Positions 8,981 to 20,796 of a stretch of DNA of 64,000 bases are shown here, one piece after another (position 1 is the first letter of the stretch; every line of letters starts with the position of its first letter). The notes below the pieces were generated by a model. The model was not told the origin of the DNA. It saw only the letters and a program-made list of their open reading frames with translations, and did no database searches. The translations under genes and the position numbers were made by a program. Where the stretch lies: the NCBI GenBank assembly GCA_030603275.1, contig JAUVYB010000005.1:13928-77927 (forward strand), in the 5' to 3' direction. Source of the stretch: Deltaproteobacteria bacterium. Its GTDB lineage: Bacteria > Chloroflexota > Dehalococcoidia > Dehalococcoidales > BS750m-G39.

Positions 8981-9989
8981 TGGTTTTCGCTTTTTGGGGA
9001 AGGCGGTAGTACAGGATATCCTCCCGGGTGAATTTTTCCAGCTCTCCCTTAACCCTCATCGCTTCCAGGTGGGCCAGTGTTTCCAGTAGGGCCATTCTCT
9101 TGTCCCAGGTGCCCAGCTTATACCAGCCGACGCCGTTGACATCGTGCATCCAGGTTATCCCGGTGGTCAGCTCGAAGGCCGTCTTGGAGTCGTAGCCGAG
9201 GGCGGCCATAATTTCGGCGTTTCTTAAGCTGTGGTGCAGGGTAATGCCCTCAATCCTGTCTTTGAGTCCGGTGAAGGGCTGCTCGTGGCCGGGCAGGACG
9301 AGGTCGACATCCAGCCGTTTAAGGCTATTGATTGAATCCAGGTAATCACCCAGCGGGTTGGAGCCCGACTGCGGGTTCATGCCGACATAGGGGGTAATAG
9401 TTGGCAGTATGTGGTCTCCCGAAAACAATATTTTCTTATCCGGCTCGTAGAGGCAGATATGCCCCGGGGCGTGCCCCGGCGTGGGCAGGACGTTGAAGCT
9501 GAAATCGCCGCAGGTGATGGCCTCGCCGCCGTAGAGGGTGACATCGGGCATGGCGGGGGTAACGAACTTCAGCATCGGCAGGGAGGCTTTTTGGAGTTCG
9601 GCGAGCCGGTCCGGCGGCACCCCGTTGCCCTTTAACCACAGGCTCATCTCCTTGAGAAGCTCGTCCATGTTGACGTATCTTGACTCAATAACGTCCTTTT
9701 CCAGGTGGTGAAAATACAGGGTGGCGCCGAAAAGGTTTTTAAGCTTGCCGGCCATGCCGTAGTGGTCGGGGTGGGCGTGGGTGACAACTATGCGGGAGAT
9801 TTCCCGGCCGTTGATGCCAAGCTCTGCCAGCTGTTTTTTCAGTGAGGCGAAGGCCTCTTCCGTGTTCCAGCCGGTGTCAACCAGCAGATAGCCGTTATCC
9901 CCTTTGACCAGGTAGGTATTGATATGGCTCACGGTGGGGATGGGCAACGGCAGCGGCATACGATATATACCAGGTATGACCTCAATCAT
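8973..9989 (-). CDS. MBL-fold metallo-hydrolase
   Basis: 338 aa. THAHPDHYG metal-binding motif plus downstream H/D ligands. Overlaps the next gene by 8 nt. Confidence 0.85.
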   Translation of the reverse strand: MIEVIPGIYRMPLPLPIPTVSHINTYLVKGDNGYLLVDTGWNTEEAFASLKKQLAELGINGREISRIVVTHAHPDHYGMAGKLKNLFGATLYFHHLEKDVIESRYVNMDELLKEMSLWLKGNGVPPDRLAELQKASLPMLKFVTPAMPDVTLYGGEAITCGDFSFNVLPTPGHAPGHICLYEPDKKILFSGDHILPTITPYVGMNPQSGSNPLGDYLDSINSLKRLDVDLVLPGHEQPFTGLKDRIEGITLHHSLRNAEIMAALGYDSKTAFELTTGITWMHDVNGVGWYKLGTWDKRMALLETLAHLEAMRVKGELEKFTREDILYYRLPQKAKTSE

Positions 9990-10004
9990 GTCTCACCTGC
10001 GGCT

Positions 10005-11775
<1,771 letters not shown>

Positions 11776-11860
11776 GTATAGCGATTATAGCACCTGAAGC
11801 TGGGGTCGGCAAAGGGGGGTTTTTATAGATGGTTGCTGCCCCGCCCAGTTTTAGAAGTCG

Positions 11861-11891
11861 TTTTTCGTCCCACCCTCCCACCCTTCAGAGG
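11861..11891. repeat. G-rich repeat, family C, copy 3 (inverted)
   Basis: The reverse complement reads CCTCTGAAGGGTGGGAGGGTGGGACGAAAAA. It lies in a 369-bp repeat-filled intergenic region. Confidence 0.5.
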
Positions 11892-12038
11892 TTGGAACCT
11901 TTCTCCAACTCGCTTTTATGGGGGTGGGGGGAGAAGGGGAGGAAAGCCGAAGTATTTTTTGGGCGTTTGGTAGAAGCGAAAACTTGTTGAAGGTAGTCAT
12001 TCCTTTTGGGTGGAGGGAGAAGGGGAAGCGACTAATCA

Positions 12039-12128
12039 GGGGTGTTTAAGAGGGGGCGAAGCCCCCTCTTCTTAAAAAATTATTCCCCTTCCCCTTGCCA
12101 AGGGGAAGGGGATAAAGGGGATAGGGTT
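12039..12128. repeat. Two-hairpin composite repeat, family AB, copy 2 (best preserved, inverted relative to copy 1)
   Basis: GGGGTGTTTAAGAGGGGGC-GAA-GCCCCCTCTT...CCCCTTCCCCTT-GCCA-AAGGGGAAGGGGATAAAGGGGATAGGGTT. Has a 10-bp and a 12-bp perfect stem. Confidence 0.8.
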
Positions 12129-12144
12129 CCCTTATAAAAAATAT

Positions 12145-12717
12145 CTAATTAAACTTATTCATGGCCGGGGTCAGCCCCTCAGCGAGCAGGTAGAGGACGG
12201 CTTCGCTCACCCTGGGTATAATCTGGTTGATGGCCTTTTTTTCTTCAGATGTAAAATTGTTGAGCACATAGTCTATAATATCGTCTTCGCCGGGGTTGGC
12301 CTTATCCGGCCGGCCGATGCCCACCCGGATGCGGGTGAACTCCCGGGTGCCCAGCTCCTGGATAATAGAGCTAATGCCCTTGTGCCCCCCGGAGCCGCTG
12401 CCGGAACTTACGCGGATTTTAGCCAGGGGCAGGTCAAGGTCGTCGTGGATGACCAGCATGTCCTGGGGATTGACGCTGAATTTCCGCACCAGGCGGCTTA
12501 CCGACCGGCCGCTATTATTCATGTAGGTCTGGGGCCGGGCCAGCACCAACTTGTTTCCGGCCACCGCCCCCGTGCCGACGCGGGCCAGCCCCTGTTTGCG
12601 GTCGAACTTTATCCCCTGGGTGCGGGCGAAATATCTCAGGCAGATAAAGCCGATATTGTGGCGGTTACCGGCGTAGGACCGCCCCGGGTTACCTAAACCT
12701 ACGATTAGTTTCGTCAT
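12145..12717 (-). CDS. pth: Peptidyl-tRNA hydrolase
   Basis: 190 aa. LIVGLGNPG..Y...RHNIGF, bacterial Pth type. Confidence 0.95.
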   Translation of the reverse strand: MTKLIVGLGNPGRSYAGNRHNIGFICLRYFARTQGIKFDRKQGLARVGTGAVAGNKLVLARPQTYMNNSGRSVSRLVRKFSVNPQDMLVIHDDLDLPLAKIRVSSGSGSGGHKGISSIIQELGTREFTRIRVGIGRPDKANPGEDDIIDYVLNNFTSEEKKAINQIIPRVSEAVLYLLAEGLTPAMNKFN

Positions 12718-12744
12718 AAAGCATAATCTCCGGGAGGGGTATAG

Positions 12745-13116
12745 CTATTTTACCTTGCCCAGGCTGTAATCGGCATACGGCTGGTCGGTTTCCGGGTCCC
12801 AGTACCAGATGTCGCCGTCAATGATGGTTGTACAATCTACTATATATGTCTCTGTATATGAATCGTAGTAGTAGGCGGCCGAGACGATATAGCCGTCCCT
12901 GAGGGCATCCTCCTGTACCTCCAGGGCCTTGTTATACCACTCGCTGGCATAGTCGCAGATTGGCTTTTCGGAGACATCGTTGGCCTGCAGCCACTGCGTA
13001 AGCTCCTCATATGAGGAGAAGTCCCGGAGCTGACAGTTTGCGCCGCATCCCGCCAGCGTAATGGCTATCAGGCAGAAAGCCACCAGACCTGTTAATAACC
13101 AGCTGAAACGTTTCAT
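12745..13116 (-). CDS. Lipoprotein of unknown function
   Basis: 123 aa. Signal peptide with lipobox LAGC. The domain starting LRDFSSYEEL resembles the C-terminal domain of 17102..17764. Confidence 0.6.
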   Translation of the reverse strand: MKRFSWLLTGLVAFCLIAITLAGCGANCQLRDFSSYEELTQWLQANDVSEKPICDYASEWYNKALEVQEDALRDGYIVSAAYYYDSYTETYIVDCTTIIDGDIWYWDPETDQPYADYSLGKVK

Positions 13117-13131
13117 CTTTACCTCTTTCTG

Positions 13132-15186
<2,055 letters not shown>

Positions 15187-15227
15187 CTATTATATTACAT
15201 TTGGGCGGGTCTAACTACTATGGCTTA

Positions 15228-15255
15228 AGTATAGCAAAGCCGGTGGCTGGGTAAA
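15228..15255 (-). promoter_or_regulatory. Putative promoter of ligA (inside a 32-nt duplicated module)
   Basis: Minus strand: TTTACC, 16 nt, TATACT. The module 15225-15256 recurs at 17023-17054 with 2 mismatches. Confidence 0.4.
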
Positions 15256-15319
15256 AAGGGCTTTAGCCCGCTTACCTTAAAGGGTGGTGGGTGGGAAAAG
15301 ATTTAAAACGGGGGTGGGG
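15253..15319. repeat. G-rich repeat, family C, copy 4
   Basis: AAAAGGGCTTTAGCCCGCTTACCTTAAAGGGTGGTGGGTGGGAAAAGATTTAAAACGGGGGTGGGG. Overlaps the last codons of 15303..17003. Confidence 0.7.
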
Positions 15320-17003
15320 CCTTTCTTTCCGTTGATAGCTCATAGGGCCAGGAGGCGATGCTGCCGTCCATGAACTTGACATCCTTAAAGCCGGCGCCGT
15401 CCAGTATCCGCTGGGCCTGATAGGCGCGCACGCTGGTATGGCAGAAGATGACTATCTCGGCGTCTCCGGGCAGCTTATCAAGCTTCTGCCGTAGCTCACT
15501 GAGGGGTAAAAGTCTGGCCTGCGGAGCTTCTATGCGGTAGGCTTCCCACTCACCCGGCGAGCGTACGTCCAGGAAGATAAAGTCGTCCCCGCTTTTAAGT
15601 TTACTCTCTACCTCCATAGGGGTCAGCGCTCTGGCCAGGCCCGACTGCTTGTTGCGGATGACGTTGGCGGCGTTGTGCAGCGGGTCCAGGGCGCTGTTAT
15701 AGGGCGGGGCGTAGGCCAGGTCGGTATTGGCCAGGTCGTCAACGGTGGCGGAAAAGCTGAGGGCGGTGGCCAGCACGTCAATGCGTTTGGCCGTTTCGCC
15801 CGGTCCCACCACCTGACCGCCCAGCAGCTTGCCGCTGGATTTTTCCGCCACCAGCTTCACCAGAATCTCTTTGCCTTTGGGATAATATGTTGCGTGTTCG
15901 TAGCCGGGGACAAGGGAGGTTACTACGTCGTAGCCGGCGGCTTGCGCCTGCGACTGGCTGAGGCCGACCCGGCCTACATTATATTCAAAGACCTTGGCGA
16001 TGGACGTGCCGAGCACGCCGGGGAAGGTCTCATCACCGCCGGCGATATTGGTGCCGATGACACGGCCGTGTTTGTTGGCGGTGGAGCCCAGCGGCGCCAG
16101 TATCTTCTGCCCGGTGACCAGATGGATGTTCTCCACACAGTCCCCGCCGGCGTAGATATCGGGGTCGCTGGTCTGGAGGTGAGAGTTGACGGCGATGCCT
16201 CCGGTGGCGCCGATTTCAAGGCCGACATCTTTAGCCAGGCTGGTGTTGGGCCTGACGCCGATGGCCAGCAGCGCCAGGTCGGCTGCCAGTTCCGCCTTTT
16301 CGGTTATGACCCTGTTTACCCTGCCTTCTTTATCGCCCTCAAAGCCGGTTAAACTCTGCCCGAGCAGGAGCTTTACCCCCTTTTCCCGCAGGTGTTTTTC
16401 CACATAGGCGGCTGATTCGAAGTCGAGGAGGGCGGGCAGGACCCGGTCCAGGGCCTCGATCACACTGACCTCCAGCCCCTGGGAGACAAGCGCCTCCGCC
16501 ATCTCCAGGCCGATGAGGCCGGCGCCGATAATGACCGCCTTCTTGATTTTGCGCGGTGAGACTAAATTGCGGATGGCATGCGCCTCCTCTATCTTGGAGA
16601 GGGTGAAGATTCCGCTCAGGTTCTTTCCCTTTAAGTCCGGCACCATCGGCGTGCTGCCCGTGGCCAGCACCAGCTTATCGTATTCAATATTTGAAGCCCG
16701 GTCTGTTTCCAGGTTGAGAACCTCGACCCGGTGATTTTTACGGTCTATGGCCACAGCCCTGGTCCGGGTGAGCACGTCTATATTCATTACCTCTTTGAAG
16801 AAAGCGGGGCCGCGTGCTACCAGCTCCCGCCGGCTGTCAATTACTCCCGAAACATAGTAGGGGAGGCCGCAGGTTGCCACCGACAGGTTTTCTCCCTGCT
16901 CGACCATGGTTACTTGAGCCTGCTGGTCACAGCGGCGGGCCCTGGCGGCGGCTTTGGGGCCGCAGGCGGTACCACCGATGATAACTATATTATTCTTAGC
17001 CAT
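15303..17003 (-). CDS. CoA-disulfide reductase/NADH oxidase-family flavoprotein with C-terminal rhodanese domain
   Basis: GGTACGPKAA FAD motif, redox Cys in SVATCGLPYY, second Rossmann GAGLIGLE, rhodanese active site FCHTSVRA. I prefer the start at MAKNNIVIIGG (17003, preceded by AAGGGG) over the ORF-track start at 17021. Confidence 0.8.
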   Translation of the reverse strand: MAKNNIVIIGGTACGPKAAARARRCDQQAQVTMVEQGENLSVATCGLPYYVSGVIDSRRELVARGPAFFKEVMNIDVLTRTRAVAIDRKNHRVEVLNLETDRASNIEYDKLVLATGSTPMVPDLKGKNLSGIFTLSKIEEAHAIRNLVSPRKIKKAVIIGAGLIGLEMAEALVSQGLEVSVIEALDRVLPALLDFESAAYVEKHLREKGVKLLLGQSLTGFEGDKEGRVNRVITEKAELAADLALLAIGVRPNTSLAKDVGLEIGATGGIAVNSHLQTSDPDIYAGGDCVENIHLVTGQKILAPLGSTANKHGRVIGTNIAGGDETFPGVLGTSIAKVFEYNVGRVGLSQSQAQAAGYDVVTSLVPGYEHATYYPKGKEILVKLVAEKSSGKLLGGQVVGPGETAKRIDVLATALSFSATVDDLANTDLAYAPPYNSALDPLHNAANVIRNKQSGLARALTPMEVESKLKSGDDFIFLDVRSPGEWEAYRIEAPQARLLPLSELRQKLDKLPGDAEIVIFCHTSVRAYQAQRILDGAGFKDVKFMDGSIASWPYELSTERKAPPPF

Positions 17004-17025
17004 TTTTACACCCCTTTGCATTTTA

Positions 17026-17053
17026 AGTATAGCAAAGCTGGTGGCTGGGTGAA
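17026..17053 (-). promoter_or_regulatory. Putative promoter of the CoADR-rhodanese gene (second copy of the 32-nt module)
   Basis: Minus strand: TTCACC, 16 nt, TATACT, then AAGGGG and the ATG at 17003. Confidence 0.4.
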
Positions 17054-17101
17054 AGATAAAGCGTTATAATGTACCTTGATAACAATAGGGGGGTTGGTAA
17101 A

Positions 17102-17764
17102 ATGAGCTGGATAAAGTGGGCTCTCGTATCACTGGCTATATTAGTTTTTGTAAGTGCCGGCGGTTACGGCGTTTACTACGTGGCCTACGCTATGGGCGAC
17201 ACAGAGGGATATGGCCGGGGGTATTCAACGGGTCAGGATATTGGCTATAGCGCGGGGGAGCAGGTGGGCTACGATGATGGCTATATTTCCGGCAAAGCCG
17301 AGGGTTACGACGAAGGCTATGACCTGGGCCAGGCCGACGGCTACGACGAAGGCTATGACCAGGGTCTGGAAGCTGGCTTTGGCCACGGTTATGTTTTAAG
17401 AGATCCAACCTATGAAGAGGCGGTTGCCTTCCTCAAGAGGGACAAGACCAGTGATAATGAATATAATGATGATGACTACGGGGTTTATGTCTGCACCCAC
17501 TTTTCCCGGGATGTATGCAATAACGCCGAGGCCGAGGGGCTGCGCTGTGCTCTGGTTCATCTGCTATATCAAGGGGCGGGGCATGCCATAATAGCCTTTG
17601 ATACCGTCGATGAAGGGTTGGTCTACTTCGACGCCATAACCGATGAGGTAGTCATACCGGAAGTGGGCAAACGTTATTACAAGTGTATAGAGCCCAGGGA
17701 GGGTTACTATTACCTGCCACCTGATTTTGATGACACCATACTGGATATTCTGGTTATCTGGTAG
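17102..17764 (+). CDS. Membrane-anchored protein with a long GxxxG (GY) repeat and a C-terminal Cys/His-containing domain
   Basis: Start chosen at MSWIKWALVSLAILVFV (TM helix; AGGGGGG upstream). Contains 63 aa of (E/D)GYxxGY repeats, then a domain with VCTHFS and GHAIIAFDT. Confidence 0.6.
   Translation: MSWIKWALVSLAILVFVSAGGYGVYYVAYAMGDTEGYGRGYSTGQDIGYSAGEQVGYDDGYISGKAEGYDEGYDLGQADGYDEGYDQGLEAGFGHGYVLRDPTYEEAVAFLKRDKTSDNEYNDDDYGVYVCTHFSRDVCNNAEAEGLRCALVHLLYQGAGHAIIAFDTVDEGLVYFDAITDEVVIPEVGKRYYKCIEPREGYYYLPPDFDDTILDILVIW
17204..17392 (+). repeat. Coding repeat: 16 glycines at exact 4-residue spacing
   Basis: EGYGRGYSTGQDIGYSAGEQVGYDDGYISGKAEGYDEGYDLGQADGYDEGYDQGLEAGFGHGY. Confidence 0.85.
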
Positions 17765-17837
17765 CGGGCTTGTGTCCTGGGCGCGGTATACGGTAAACTT
17801 AGGTTAGCCGAATTTCCCTATATAGAAAGAGGAGACC

Positions 17838-19151
17838 TTGGCTGAAATCCGTCCCTTCCGGGGAGTGCGTTATAACTGGGAACTGGCCGGAGGGCTGGCC
17901 GACATTATCTGCCCCCCGTATGATGTTATTACCCCACAGCTGCAGCAGGAGTTGTATCACCGCAGCCCCTATAATTTTGTCCGCATAGAGGCCGGGCGGG
18001 AGCTGGCGCAGGACACCAATACGGATAATAAATATACGCGTTCCGCGGCTACACTGGAGCAGTGGCTGGCGGAGGGCGTCCTGGCGGCTGACCCGGCGCC
18101 GGCTGTATATATCCACGACCACTATTTCAGCTACGAGGGCAAGGAATTGCGGCGCCGCAATATAATCGCCGGGGTCAGGCTGGAGGAGTGGGATAAGAAA
18201 GTAGTCCGACCCCATGAGGGAATACTGGCCGAATACAAGGGCGACCGCTTTAGCCTGCTCTGGGCGCTCCAGGCCAATACCAGCCCCATTCTGGCCCTGT
18301 TCGAGGACCGGGGGCAGCAGGTGGCTTCATTACTGGCGAAAGCCGGGGAGAGCCGGCCGGTAGTTAATTTCAGCGAATCCAACGGCGAGAGGCACGAGCT
18401 GCGGGCTATCACCCAGCCCGATATAATCAGCCGGCTTGCCGGATATTTGGCCGATTCGCCCCTGTATATTGCCGACGGGCACCACCGCTACGAGAGCGCG
18501 CTGGCTTTCCAGCGGGAGAGGCGCTCCGATGTTTCGTCAACGGGGGATAAGGCCTACGATTGCGTCATGATGGCGCTGGTGGATTTTGCCGACCCCGGTG
18601 TCCTGATTCTGCCGCCGCACCGGCTGGTGGGGGGGATACCCAGAGCCGCTTTGAGCCAGTTATCAACCAAGCTAAAGTCTTTATTTGATATTGAGGAGTT
18701 GCCGCTTGATGCGCCCGATGTCTGGGGTAGAGTCGACCAGCTGCTTGCCGCCGGAGGCAAGGACGAGGTTAGATTTGCCCTTTTCGGCCTGGCCGAAGAC
18801 CGCCTGCTGATACTAAAGCTGCGCGATTTTGCCGCCGCCAGCCAGATGATGCCCTATTTCCATTCCGCGCTCTATAAGAAGCTGGATGTAAGCGTGCTTG
18901 AACACGTGCTACTGGAAGAGCTGCTGGGGCTGGGCAGCGGTGGGGAGGGGGCTGTGCTTGCCTTCAGCTACGAGGGACGGGATGCCGTTAACCGGGTGCT
19001 GGAGCAGGAATACCAGCTTGCCTTTTTGTTAAGGCCGATTAAGCCGGAGGTAATCAGGGCGGTTGCCGACGCCGACGACCGGATGCCGAGAAAGTCCACC
19101 TATTTTTACCCCAAAGCCCCGGCGGGACTGGTCTTGCACCGGCTGGTGTAA
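17838..19151 (+). CDS. DUF1015 domain-containing protein
   Basis: 437 aa. N-terminus IRPFRGVRYN, internal IADGHHRYESA, C-terminal MPRKSTYFYPK, all typical of DUF1015 as I recall it. Confidence 0.8.
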   Translation: MAEIRPFRGVRYNWELAGGLADIICPPYDVITPQLQQELYHRSPYNFVRIEAGRELAQDTNTDNKYTRSAATLEQWLAEGVLAADPAPAVYIHDHYFSYEGKELRRRNIIAGVRLEEWDKKVVRPHEGILAEYKGDRFSLLWALQANTSPILALFEDRGQQVASLLAKAGESRPVVNFSESNGERHELRAITQPDIISRLAGYLADSPLYIADGHHRYESALAFQRERRSDVSSTGDKAYDCVMMALVDFADPGVLILPPHRLVGGIPRAALSQLSTKLKSLFDIEELPLDAPDVWGRVDQLLAAGGKDEVRFALFGLAEDRLLILKLRDFAAASQMMPYFHSALYKKLDVSVLEHVLLEELLGLGSGGEGAVLAFSYEGRDAVNRVLEQEYQLAFLLRPIKPEVIRAVADADDRMPRKSTYFYPKAPAGLVLHRLV

Positions 19152-19165
19152 GGGGGGGGGTAGCG

Positions 19166-19591
19166 ATGAACAAAAAGTGGATGCCGATAACAGCCGGGGT
19201 TCTGGATATTTTATACGGGGCGTGGTATGCCTTTATATTGTTGTTCACTATTATAAAGATCCTAACTTCACCTTGGCCAGATTTAAATGTTGTTTGGACG
19301 TCAGATATAATATTTTGGGCAATAATGACTGCTTTTGCAGTGCCGGCGATAGTCGGCGGCGTTTACGCTTTCAAAAGAAAAAGATTTTGGTTGGCATTAG
19401 CTGGGGCAATTGTTGCCGCTATTATCCCGGTAGCATTTATGGTTGACTATTGGATTCGGTTTGATCCTAGTGATTTAGCCTCTTTATATAGACTTCAGGG
19501 CGGTGCGGGATTTCCCGCTTTTTTGTGGATTCCGGCCATAGTTGCTATCATTCTAATAGTCCTATCACGGAAGCAGTTTGCGGGGAGGTAG
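19166..19591 (+). CDS. Small integral membrane protein (about 4 TM helices), unknown function
   Basis: 141 aa with hydrophobic segments. More AT-rich than its neighbours. Confidence 0.55.
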   Translation: MNKKWMPITAGVLDILYGAWYAFILLFTIIKILTSPWPDLNVVWTSDIIFWAIMTAFAVPAIVGGVYAFKRKRFWLALAGAIVAAIIPVAFMVDYWIRFDPSDLASLYRLQGGAGFPAFLWIPAIVAIILIVLSRKQFAGR

Positions 19592-19617
19592 GGTGGGATA
19601 GCATTATCTAGCCGGCG

Positions 19618-20793
19618 CTAAGTAGACTTTATATAACGTCTCTTGCCCGCTCTTATAATATCATCTTTTTGAACGATATAATTCACGTCTTTCTCTCTTT
19701 TATCATTAATATATACACCACCCTGATCAATAAGACGCCTGGCTTCGCTCTTACTTTTAGCCAGCTGGTTTTCCACGAGATAATCCTGAAGACTCTTGCC
19801 TGACTTGGTACCCAGGGCTATCTTCTCCGGCACCTCTTTCCTCTGCACCGTCCTTTCAAAGTGCCCTTCGGCTTCGGCGGCTGCTTTCCGGTCATAGAGC
19901 TGGGCAATGATTTCCCGTGCCAGCCGTTTTTTGAGCGTCATGGGGTTGGCGGTGGTGTTATCCAGTCCCTTTTTGAACTGCTCCAGCTCCTCGTCGGGGA
20001 CATCGGTCAACAGCTCAAAGTAGTTTATAATCAGGCTATCGGGGACGGACATCACCTTGCCGTATATCTGCTCCGGCGTTTCAGCGACGCCGATATAGTT
20101 ACCCAGGCTCTTGCTCATCTTCTGGCTGCCGTCCGTGCCCACCAGCAGGGGGACCATAAAGCACTGCTGGGGGGGTTGGCCGACCATGGACTGGAGCTCC
20201 CGGCCTACCAGGAAGTTGAATTTCTGGTCGGTGCCGCCGAACTCTACATCGGCCTTAATCGCCACCGAGTCGTAGGCCACGAGGAGGGGGTAGAGCAGCT
20301 CGGTGATGGCGATGGGTTTCTCGGCTTTATAGCGGGCGCTGAAGTCGTCCCGCGCCAGGAACTGGGCCACGGTGAACTTGCTGGTGAGCTGGATAATATC
20401 AGTCAGCGTGAACTTGCCGAACCATTCGCTCTGCCACCTGATTTCGGTCTTTTTCTTATCGACTATCTTGAAGAACTGCTGCATGTAGGTTTGGGCGTTG
20501 GCCTTGACCTGCTCCAGGGTCAGCATGGGGCGGGTGACCGACATGCCGCTGGGGTCGCCGATCTGGGCCGTCCAGTCGGCGACGATGAGGACAATCTGGT
20601 GCCCCAGCTCCTGGAACTGCCGCAGCTTGCGCAGGGCTACCATATGACCTAAATGGATATCGGGGAAGCTGGGGTCAAAGCCCTCCTTCAAGCGCAGTTT
20701 TTTGCCCGAGCGCAAAAGCGCCCTCATCTCTTCTTCGACGATGATTTCCGCCACCCCGCGTTTCAGCACATAATCGATGTCTAGATTTGTCAT
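19618..20793 (-). CDS. tyrS: Tyrosine--tRNA ligase
   Basis: 391 aa. HLGH (as DIHLGHMV), KMSKS, C-terminal S4 domain (ARRLIDQGGVYINDKR). Confidence 0.95.
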   Translation of the reverse strand: MTNLDIDYVLKRGVAEIIVEEEMRALLRSGKKLRLKEGFDPSFPDIHLGHMVALRKLRQFQELGHQIVLIVADWTAQIGDPSGMSVTRPMLTLEQVKANAQTYMQQFFKIVDKKKTEIRWQSEWFGKFTLTDIIQLTSKFTVAQFLARDDFSARYKAEKPIAITELLYPLLVAYDSVAIKADVEFGGTDQKFNFLVGRELQSMVGQPPQQCFMVPLLVGTDGSQKMSKSLGNYIGVAETPEQIYGKVMSVPDSLIINYFELLTDVPDEELEQFKKGLDNTTANPMTLKKRLAREIIAQLYDRKAAAEAEGHFERTVQRKEVPEKIALGTKSGKSLQDYLVENQLAKSKSEARRLIDQGGVYINDKREKDVNYIVQKDDIIRAGKRRYIKST

Positions 20794-20796
20794 AGC

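Noticed and set aside
11938-11953. GGGGAGGAAAGCCGAAG in a 369-bp intergenic region, reminiscent of the RNase P RNA GAGGAAAGUCC motif
   Set aside because: I could not find the other universally conserved RNase P RNA segments or the required long-range pairings. The region is instead built from copies of the intergenic repeat families.
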